Under the pieces are notes generated by a model. The model made no database searches. It was given only the letters and a program-made list of their open reading frames with translations, and was not told the DNA's origin. A program made the translations under genes and the position numbers. A stretch of 64,000 bases of DNA from the human T2T-CHM13v2.0 reference genome, Homo sapiens, in NCBI RefSeq assembly GCF_009914755.1, contig NC_060941.1; one strand, written 5' to 3'. Numbering within the stretch: position 1 is the first letter of the stretch; every line of letters begins with the position of its first letter. Shown here one piece after another: positions 34,528 to 64,000 of the stretch.

Positions 34528-35441
34528 TGTAGGGTCCAGCCCTACGGGGCCTTGTGGGTTTTCTCTTCGTGTGCGGAGACGAGAGATTGTAGAAAGACAC
34601 GAAACTAAGAAGTAGTAGGAAAGACAGCTGGGCCCGGGGCACCACTACCACCAATGCACAGAGTCCAATAGTGGCCCCGAATGCCTGGACCCACTGCTAT
34701 TTATTGTATACAAGGCAAGGAGGCAGGGTAAGGAGTGTGGGTCATCTCAAATGATTGACAAGGTCAAGCAAGTCACATGTCCACGTGACAGGGGGCCCTT
34801 CCCTTTGTGGTAGCCGAAGCAGAGAGGGAGGACAGCAGACGTCAGCATTTTTTCTTTGCACTTATCAGAAAGATCAAAGACTTTAACACTTTCACTAATT
34901 CTGCTACTGCTATCTTCTAAGAACTTAAAGGAGGAGCCAGGTGTACAGGTGGAACATGAAAGTGGACCAGGAGCATGACCACTGAAGCACAGCACCACAG
35001 GGAGATGCTGAAGCCTCCGGATGACTGTGGGCAGGCCTGGGGAATGTCAGGCCCCCCACGAGAGCTGGTGGAGCAGAGTGTTCTCTAACTCCCCCAGGGA
35101 AAGGGAGACTCCCTTTCACAGTCCGCTAAGTAACGGGTGCCTTCCCAGGCACTGGCACTACCGCAAGACCAAGGTGCCTTCAAGCAGCCCTTATCCAGGC
35201 ATGACAGAGGTTCTCACTGTTGTCTTCTGGTCTCCTGACTCTGTATGGCCTGGTTTTTCCTTGGTCGTAATAATGAAACAAAGATTAATACTAAAGACTA
35301 ATGATTGATAATATCCATATACAATCATCTCTATATCCTATTTCTATTATAACTCTACTTATTTAACTATTTTCTTTATTATATTGGAACAGGTTGTGCC
35401 TTCAGTCTCTTGCCTCGGCACCTGGGTTTCTTTCCGCCCAC
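34528..35441 (-). mobile_element. LTR13A-like solo LTR (HERV-K class II ERV) inserted in an L2
   Basis: Minus strand begins GTGGGCGGAAAGAAACCCAGGTGCCGAGGCAAGAGACTGAAGGCAC and ends GTAGGGCTGGACCCTACA; TSD gccttc at 34522-34527 and 35442-35447; AATAAA at 34700-34705(-). Confidence 0.88.
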
Positions 35442-35447
35442 GCCTTC

Positions 35448-35920
35448 CTTCCCTCATCATCCTGGAAGAGATACCTAGCTGCTGGCTCTGTCTAGAATAC
35501 TGTTCTGCCAGACTGCTGCAAGCTTGACTCCTTCCTGTCCATCAGGTCTCAGCTTAGAGGGAACCACCTCACAGAGAACTTCCCGTTAAGCCCCTTTATT
35601 TAAAGGACCCTCCGCAGCACGCTCTGTCACGGAACCTGCCTGGTATCACGGCGCATCACGCTCTGTCACGGAACCTGCCTGGTATCACGGCGCAGCACGC
35701 TCTGTCACGGAACCTGCCTGGTATCACGGCCACCATGTTTGATCATCTCTAGTGTATTTGTTGGTTTATTTCTTGTCTTTCTCCCTACACTAGACTCCAT
35801 AAGACCAAGACCAGATTTGTCATGTTTACATTTCTCCCTAGTTTCTAAAAATAATACCTGACACTTAGCAGACATTTAATAAATGACTGCTACGTTTTAC
35901 TAAATGAATACATGAATGAA
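35448..35920 (+). mobile_element. L2 3' end (host of the LTR; continues from ~34430-34527)
   Basis: 'caggtctcagcttaga', 'tagactccataag', ending 'aaatgaatacatgaatgaat'. Confidence 0.7.
35614..35730. repeat. 3 x 39-bp tandem repeat
   Basis: gca(g/t)cacgctctgtcacggaacctgcctggtatcacggc starts at 35614, 35653 and 35692. Confidence 0.95.
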
Positions 35921-36314
35921 TCCCTCAAGCTCGGCAGACAGGCTACCTCCTCTCTGAAGTTGTGATTTTCCTTGGAAGAACTGGTCTTTGTTTCCTTACC
36001 GCACTGTCCCACTGTCACTGACGGCATTCGCCAGGGTCTCCCACCACTTGATCCTGCACACCTCAAGGGCATGGACTGGACCTTATCATCTCTGCACCCT
36101 CAGCACCTAGCACAGTGACTGACAACACATGACAGGCACCTACTGAACAACTGCTGACTGAAAAAATGGAAACGAAGCGGGACTCTCACTGCCCTTCTCC
36201 CAACTCTGCTACTTCCAGTTCTGGTCTACTTCTCACCCAAACACCCAAAAACCAATTTTGTAAGAAAATCCATCTCCACAGGAAAATCACCGGACAAAAA
36301 ATAATAAAACGTGA

Positions 36315-40579
<4,265 letters not shown>

Positions 40580-40949
40580 TCACCCAAACTATTCAACGGT
40601 AGGAATTCTCAACCTTTTAAGAATGGTAACGATGTCATTTTTCAACACTTTCTCTCTTCTCTGCCGTCCGCTTCAGAAATTAAAGTCATTCCCTTCCCCC
40701 AGTTCCAAGCCACTCACGAGGTGCCAGCTTGCAAAACCGGGGCGTTGGCACGAGTCTGGTAAATGCATGAAGCCCCCACAGTCCCCAGAATCTGAGGATG
40801 GCACCCAAGGCCTGCATTCTCCTAGCGTCGTCCTCTCTAAGCGCACAATTCCTTTCCCCAAAACCACCAGAACCCCCAGCCCTCGCCAAAGACAATCAAA
40901 GCCTAGAAAGGGTTCTCTTTCCTTTCCTTCTGATTCAGAAACCGCTTCT

Positions 40950-41800
40950 CACCCGCACCACCTCCCCACCTCCACTTTCCCTTCTGCCGCGAGCCCCCGG
41001 CCCTCCGTCCACCCGCCGCGGCCTCCCCAGCGCCCGGAGCTGCCGTCTCCCCTCCCGCACTCCCGTTTCCCCTCCTGAGGGGCGGAACGCTTACCTGCTC
41101 GATGGCCAGCTGCACCTCGGGCGTGAGCTGCAGCACGGCTTCCAGCTCCTCCACGAACTCCAGTTCCTCCTCCTCCATCATTCCGCCACCCGGCCCCCTG
41201 CCGACCCCCGCCGCGAGCCCAACTCAGGCCTCCAGCCGCCACCCAGGCCCCAGCACAGCAACTCCCTCGCGGCAGCGACCTGGTGAGCCCGGCTCCGTCA
41301 GCCGCTCTGTCAGCCGCTCCGGCACTTCCGGCAGGCCAGGGCACTTCCGGGACCGGGGAACTGTGGGATCACGGCGGACTGAGACTGGCGGCGTTCCTGT
41401 CACGTCAGGTGTCTCCCGGGCAACGCAGTATCCCGGCGGCCCCGCGTGGCCTCAGCGCGTCCTTAGGATGGCGGGGCCTCTTCCCTCCCCAAGGCGCGCC
41501 CCGCACTGAGGACCCCGAGGTTGGGGTAGGGTCTGGCCTCCAGCAGGACGCCCGGATGAAAGTCAGCCCTGCGGCGTCGCCAACCGCAGCCCACAGCCTC
41601 CGCGGGCAGCGCAGCGGCGACCTCTCAGCTCCCGGGCCCCCTCGGTCAGTGGCAGCGGGTGTCCCCGGCCACGGGGGCGACGTGATCCCAGCTGGCGAGT
41701 GGCGATGTCGCCAAGGACATTCGTAGGACGGGACAGTGCCCACTCGATAGAAATTCCCCGTGCGCCGGGCTCTGCGCAGAAGCTTTTCGAGGTGACTGCA
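40950..41800 (-). promoter_or_regulatory. VPS53: VPS53 CpG-island promoter with two ETS/GABPA sites and a CRE-like element
   Basis: Dense CpG/GC around exon 1; CACTTCCGG (CCGGAAGTG) at 41323-41331 and 41342-41350; GTCACGTCA at 41399-41407; no TATA box seen. Confidence 0.88.
41095..41181 (-). CDS. VPS53: VPS53 coding exon 1 ([29 protein letters not shown]), GARP/EARP complex subunit
   Basis: ATG at 41181 in a CpG island; 87 nt ending at a CAG|GTAAGC donor; peptide recognised as the VPS53 N-terminus; splices in frame to the next three exons. Confidence 0.98.
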
Positions 41801-41823
41801 GCCTCCTTATGGGGAGAAACGTC

Positions 41824-47539
<5,716 letters not shown>

Positions 47540-48907
47540 TCAGACTAAGATGGAAACATAACACCAAACCTCACATGAGGAGTTTCCATAACGTTTCTCA
47601 CCTTGCCAAAAAATGCTTTACGTATACTGTCTAGAAATAGGAATTTTAAAACAGCCTTTGTTAATGAAATTCAGTGAGATCTCTAAATGTCATGTGTCTG
47701 TGTCAATGTAGCGTTAATAACTCTGTGGAAAGGAATCTCCAATATCCGGTTATATTTGCAACCTTGTTGTCAGAGCGCAGAGGTAACTGCCCCGTCATAT
47801 ACGGAGTAGACACTGTGCAAAGTGTGTTCTTCCATAAGATCAAGACGGTATCTTTCCACATAAGCTTCCCTCTCTGTAAGGACCTTCTCCAAAATAGCTG
47901 AGCCTTCTGTAAAACTGCTTGTGAAAAAAGAATTGCAGGACGTCTCAATTACCTGGTCCATGCCCACTAAATGCCAGTCAAGCAGTACCTTTCCTCAACA
48001 GTGACAGAAGCAGCAATACCTCCCACACATCTCCAAAATGCCCCCTAGGCTTCCCAAGCAATCACCTTTAGATCCTATCGTCACTCTGGGTGGCACAAGG
48101 TCCCAGGCCAACTTGTAGTGGAGGAATAGGGTATAATTTCCCCTTGAAATCAGCTCAAAATGTTCTCTTGGTGCTTCTTTATGGACTGTTTCTAGTACGT
48201 GGCTTTTCACGATGACTGGTTCTTTCACTGTCCTTGATTCCTGAATTTCCTGAATCTCCTGGAGCCTGGCATTTGTTCTTGATTGACATTCGGATGGTTC
48301 TGAACCCTCCCTGTATCCTGGACACCAGTTTTGTTTAGGTTGGTACTCTGGTTCTCTGCATGCCCATTCTTGCTAAGCCGGTCATGATTTCCAGCTAGTT
48401 TCAGCAGCTCCCCTGTTCCCACGGCCATTTTCACATGATATCTCCCAAAGGCTTTTAAAATGAAAACCTTTTACACTGGCTACGTTGGGTTCATATTAAA
48501 GCAATCCTTTCCCTTACTCAAGGAAGTAATAATTATATAGGCCAAATTAATAAACCCTCTTGTGCAAGTTTTATATATGCCAACAACTATAAAAACACTT
48601 TTTACAAAACTGACATTAACTAGTACAATCATTATAATGTAGCTAACATTAATTCATCGTATCTAAAACCCTTAAGCATCTTCCATAACCTGTTTTTTCG
48701 ACTCCACTTCTTCCTGCATTCCCAGAGCTGGATCTTCAGCTGCCACGCTTCTTCCTCGTGTACAACAGTAGTTCTTAATCTGTTTTGAGTCTGGACCCCT
48801 TGGAGGAGCTGAAGAACTCTACACAGATCCTTTCCCTGGAAAAATACACATTTGCTTAGCATTTTGCATGCAGTTTTAATGAAGGGTGTTTCATAGAATA
48901 TACATAC

Positions 48908-52855
<3,948 letters not shown>

Positions 52856-53822
52856 TGAAACCTGAGTTTAGAAATGTTTGCTTTTAGATAGGTGTGACTA
52901 TCTGCAAACAAGCCAGATTTTGCATTTTTAGCAAAAGAAACATGTATGTGAAAGTGCTTTGAAAAATACACAGCAATACATAAAAGCAGCACTCCATCAT
53001 CGGTTCCTTGTGTAAATTACGGTTTTTACCGGCAGGAATCAGAGCGGAGTCTCCCGTGTAGCATGCAGCTGCGGTCGCTGTTTGTAGAAACCATGGGTTT
53101 GGGGTGTGGCTGTGCTTCCCGGCCTCACAGTTTGCTCTTGCAAAGAATCTTAAGATAAAACCAAGGAAGCTGCCGTCTGGAGTCGGGCTAAGGCCACCTA
53201 GGGAATCTGTAATCCAGCAGGTGCTTGTTGAGAAGTTTAACAGCAGGGGGCTATGCCTTGAGGATCCGGTATAAAGAACAAGAATCCCCTGCCTGTGCCG
53301 AGCACACAGTTTAACGTTTTGAAAATATGATGTCATTTAATTCTCCCAGCCATCCTGGAGGGTAGAGGCAGGAACCGCCATTTTACTGGGGAAGGAGGCA
53401 AAGTGTTTTCTCCAGGTCACACAGCTTCCAGGTGGTGGAGCGTGGACTGGAACTCAGGTTCTCGGATCCCAACTCCAATGCGCTATGCAGTGGCTGCCTC
53501 CCAGGCAGACGGCCCCTACCGTCAGGGGCATGTGGTCTGCCAGAGAAACGCACACACACATATCAGCTCAGGGCTACACTGATCAGGCAAACAAAGTGAA
53601 GGAGAAATGAAGAGCAGGGTGATTGACTTCTTTCTGGCCACACTCAAAGTCCTAAGAGCAAGTCAGCTCATTCTCTGAACCGTATTTCTTCAGACGCAGT
53701 GTGGCTTTTGTTGCCAAAGAGAATGAAGTTCCGCAGAAGGCTGTTGTTCTCCTCTTTGGACACCTCCTTCCTTTCTTTCCGTGTCTGACCTTTTGCTCGT
53801 GTTCTGTTGTGCCAATCTTTAG

Positions 53823-54062
<240 letters not shown>

Positions 54063-54105
54063 TAGTGTATTTTTTTGTTTTACCATGTCGCCCAGGCTGG
54101 TCTCT

Positions 54106-55098
54106 AACTCTCGGGCTCGAGTAATCCTCCGGCCTCAGCCTCCTAAAGTGCTGGGATAATAGGCAGGAGCCAACTCCGGGGCTCAAGTGATCCTCCCGCC
54201 TCGGCCTCCTAAAGTGCCGGGATAATAGGCAGGAGCCACCTCCTGGGCTCAAGTGATCCTCCCGCCTCGGCCTCCTAAAGTGCCGGGATAATAGGCAGGA
54301 GCCAACTCTGGGGCTCAAGTGATCCTCCCGCCTCGGCCTCCTAAAGTGCCGGGATAATAGGCAGGAGCCACCTCCTGGGCTCAAGTGATCCTCCCGCCTC
54401 GGCCTCCTAAAGTGCCGGGATAATAGGCAGGAGCCAACTCCGGGGCTCAAGTGATCCTCCCGCCTCGGCCTCCTAAAGTGCCGGGATAATAGGCAGGAGC
54501 CACCTCCTGGGCTCAAGTGATCCTCCCGCCTCGGCCTCCTAAAGTGCCGGGATAATAGGCAGGAGCCAACTCCGGGGCTCAAGTGATCCTCCCGCCTCGG
54601 CCTCCTAAAGTGCCGGGATAATAGGCAGGAGCCAACTCCGGGGCTCAAGTGATCCTCCCGCCTCGGCCTCCTAAAGTGCCGGGATAATAGGCAGGAGCCA
54701 CCTCCTGGGCTCAAGTGATCCTCCCGCCTCGGCCTCCTAAAGTGCCGGGATAATAGGCAGGAGCCACCTCCGGGGCTCAAGTGATCCTCCCGCCTCGGCC
54801 TCCTAAAGTGCCGGGATAATAGGCAGGAGCCAACTCCGGGGCTCAAGTGATCCTCCCGCCTCGGCCTCCTAAAGTGCCGGGATAATAGGCAGGAGCCAAC
54901 TCCGGGGCTCAAGTGATCCTCCCGCCTCGGCCTCCTAAAGTGCCGGGATAATAGGCAGGAGCCAACTCCGGGGCTCAAGTGATCCTCCCGCCTCGGCCTC
55001 CTAAAGTGCCGGGATAATAGGCAGGAGCCAACTCCGGGGCTCAAGTGATCCTCCCGCCTCGGCCTCCTAAAGTGCTGGGATAATAGGCAGGAGCCACC
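54106..55098 (-). repeat. Alu-derived minisatellite, 15 x 66 bp
   Basis: GCTC(A/G)AGT recurs every 66 nt from 54115 to 55039; the unit is the Alu left-arm 5' segment; it lies inside the minus-strand Alu starting at 53911. Confidence 0.97.
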
Positions 55099-55273
55099 GT
55101 GCCCACGTGCCCACCCCCTGTGCTGTATCTTTCTATGTCTCTTCCTATTTCTTCATTCTCCTTTTGTCCTTCCTGCCCTCTCTCTGCTTCAATGGTCCCT
55201 ACTGTGGAAATGAAGTATGGGTCTACACAAAGTAACTTTTACTTCAGAACAGATGTCCATTTTCTCTGTTAGG

Positions 55274-58880
<3,607 letters not shown>

Positions 58881-59707
58881 TAACGACACGTTGTGAACAC
58901 CACCACAGTCCCTACGCCTCTGGATGGTGTCTCCGGATAGATCCAAAGCCGAGAGGCAGTAAGAGCCTGCAGCCTCCACAGTCCGCCTCCTGGTGCAGGT
59001 GGAGAGGGGCTGCTGGAGGCCCCCGGACCTCACGCTTCCTGAGGGCCACCCCGGAGCGGCTGCAGCCGCTGGCGGCACCGGGAAAAGCATCTCGGCCGTG
59101 CGGGGAGAGGCCACATCCTGAGGCCTCCCACCGAGAAGCACCAGGGCTTGGTGGACGGGGCCCGCGAACCCAGGGCCACACGCCGCCTCCCTCCTTCCTT
59201 CCCCGCGGGCCTCGCCCCACCCCGGAGGGGGTTCCTACCTGGCTTCCTCGGCCCCGCGCCCACCCCGCCCCTTCGCCCGGGGCCGGCGAGAAGAGCAGGT
59301 CGGGGAGGGGCGCGTCCGCTGACGGAACAGAAGCCGGGAGCCGCGGCCCTTCCCGCCTCCGCCTGGGCCCCGCGGCCGCTCGGGAGGGAGCGGCGGACTC
59401 GGAACGCGCGCGCGCCGCGGCCCCGGCCACAGCCGCCGCCTCGGTCCCCGCCTCCGCCCCCGCCCACCCGCCCGCCGGGGACGCCGGGGAACCCTCCGGG
59501 CCCAGGGACCGCGAGAGACCCCGCCCCGCCCTATCGCAGCCGCCGGGCCTGGTCACGCGCAGAGCCGCGCCGCGGGATCGGGGCCAGCGCCGGGCGGAGG
59601 CGGGACGGGGACGGGGGCGGAGGGTTGAAATCGCGCGGCCGGGCCGGGGCGCGCCGAGCCGAACCCAGCCACGCGGCGCCAGCGAGGCGGCCGGACCCGC
59701 AGCCCCG

Positions 59708-59829
59708 ATGCTGCTGACGCTGGCCGGGGGCGCGCTCTTCTTCCCGGGGCTCTTCGCGCTCTGCACCTGGGCGCTGCGCCGCTCCCAGCCCGGATGGAGC
59801 CGCACCGACTGCGTGATGATCAGCACCAG
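59708..59829 (+). CDS. TLCD3A: TLCD3A (FAM57A/CT120) coding exon 1 (MLLTLAGGALFFPGLFALCTWALRRSQPGWSRTDCVMIST-R)
   Basis: ATG at 59708; hydrophobic N-terminus recognised as FAM57A; 122 nt ending at donor CAG|GTACCG. Confidence 0.95.
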
Positions 59830-60165
59830 GTACCGGCGCCGCCGAGACGCCCCCCGAGGCCCGGGGCGCTGCCCACCGCACCCCACCCGGCCGCGGGGCC
59901 CAGGGCGGAAAAGGGGGGCGGCAGGAAGCCCGGGGGCTGCTCCCTCCGCGTCCCGGCGGCCCGAGTTTCCGAAGCCCCTCCGCGTCCTCCCCTGGCGGGA
60001 GCGGGGCCGGGGCGGGCGGGAATGGCCGATGAGCCTCCGGAGCCCGCTCCCCACATCTGCCTGCGGCTGGGGAGAGTCAGGCCGAAGGGCCGGGCCGGGC
60101 CGGGCTCCCTGCGGTCCTCGGACCGGACTGAGCGCGCGCGCTGTTCTCCTCTCCGCCCGCGCTAG

Positions 60166-60249
60166 GCTGGTTTCCTCGGTGCACGCCGTGCTGGCCACCG
60201 GCTCGGGGATCGTCATCATTCGCTCCTGCGACGACGTGATCACCGGCAG
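60166..60249 (+). CDS. TLCD3A: TLCD3A coding exon 2 (R-LVSSVHAVLATGSGIVIIRSCDDVITG-R), start of the TLC domain
   Basis: Acceptor ctgttctcctctccgcccgcgctag|G and donor CAG|GTAAGA; 84 nt, phase 2-2 (symmetric); 'VSSVHA' motif typical of TLC domains. Confidence 0.95.
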
Positions 60250-61242
60250 GTAAGAGCCCGGGCCGGGGCCTTGTTGCAAATGTCACATTTCAGTAGCTCG
60301 CAGGCTCTGGCTCTCGCAGCACACGCGCTCAGAAAGCTGACTAATGGGAAAAGCTGGCACCACAATGGGCTCCTTCTTCCTCTCCGGAGTCTTCGGGCAC
60401 CCCCAGCTTAGGAGAAAGTCCACGGAAATGAGGGAGGACGACAGAGTCGGAGTCTGATTTCAGGTGGTGTGAGCCAGGGATCCAGGTCCTTCATGGAAGA
60501 GATAAGCGTGGAAGCATTTACGACTGGGAGTGTGGCTTGATTCTTGCAGTTGGCTTCACTGGGTTCTCACTCTGGAGCATCACTGGCTAACAGACGTCCA
60601 GTGTGGTTAGCAGAGCCCCCTCCATGGAAAGGAACCAACCCACCACCCCTTTCCACGCAAACGCCGCTCTTGCTTTTCCTGCAGATTTGCTAAAGGTGAT
60701 TGAGAGGTTCCCAGCGCTTAGAACACGGACTTGTACGTCTATCAGAGCTCAGTCCAGAGGCAGGTCAGGAAATGGGCACCTATCTGCAGTTCCAGTGAAA
60801 CAAATCATAAATTAAGACCAGAATAGTCGACTTTGTACAGTAGTTAGACCTGGACAATGGTGGTGCTTTTATTATTTCAAGCCTTTTTTTTCCCCACCGG
60901 TCTTGCTGGAATCACACTCACTTTCTCCCAAGTTGAAGGACCACAGTCGGATGTGCAGGAAGTTGAACGGCCTTTCCAGGCCCTGCTCTCCTGTGGGCTC
61001 TGCCAAGTCCTGCTTCTCACCTGCTGAGACTGAACTGCGAGGGGCCTGAGCAAGCTGTCCGTCTCACTCTAGCCTGCGGTCTTACCTGGGATCAATCCTG
61101 CTGTCATGATTTTCGTGCTTTTCTTCTGCCTTTTTAAAAACAAAACTGGCTATTGGCGATGAATAAGTAGATGCTACGATAGATCAAGTGACATCGATTG
61201 TAGACACCAAAGGTTAATATTGGTGTGGCTGGGTACAATTTT

Positions 61243-64000
<2,758 letters not shown>

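Noticed and set aside
47674-48434. Cluster of short ORFs in unique intergenic DNA as a possible processed pseudogene
   Set aside because: No recognisable protein similarity, poly(A) tail or TSD; would need BLASTX to revisit.
58912-60279. 455-aa ORF antisense to TLCD3A
   Set aside because: Starts at TTG, lies wholly in a very GC-rich island where stops are rare, and is Arg/Gly/Pro/Ala-rich with no recognisable domain.
61078-61092. 'cttacctgg' resembling the U1 snRNA 5' end or an antisense splice donor
   Set aside because: Only 9 nt match, downstream sequence is not U1, and an isolated donor motif has no supporting exon.

Overview
Primate (almost certainly human, 17p13.3 by gene content) genomic DNA, very Alu-rich (roughly 70 Alu elements or fragments, counted by eye). 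It holds the 5' ends of two divergently transcribed spliced genes. VPS53 (GARP/EARP tethering subunit) is on the minus strand: coding exons 1-4 (87+81+50+67 nt, 95 codons), followed by more than 23.8 kb of intron 4 running off the left edge. TLCD3A/FAM57A is on the plus strand: coding exons 1-2, with intron 2 running off the right edge. Each gene starts in a CpG island, and the two ATGs are about 18.5 kb apart. The rest is interspersed repeat (Alu, L1, L2, CR1/L3, MIR, THE1, MLT1, an LTR13A/HERV-K solo LTR, MER44, MER47, MER58, Charlie) and tandem repeat. Nearly all entries in the ORF track are Alu, VNTR or GC-richness artefacts. I found no convincing new gene or multi-gene system. The most unusual structures are: a 15x66-bp CpG-rich minisatellite built from the Alu 5' end; a ~15x47-bp G-rich minisatellite between the two promoters; a ~99%-identical 263-bp local copy pasted into an Alu; a sense-oriented LTR13A in VPS53 intron 2; a frame-preserving, Alu-bracketed VPS53 exon 2-4 block (circRNA candidate); and a stop-free, in-frame TLCD3A intron 1. 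Repeat subfamily names come from memory of consensus sequences and need RepeatMasker/Dfam confirmation.
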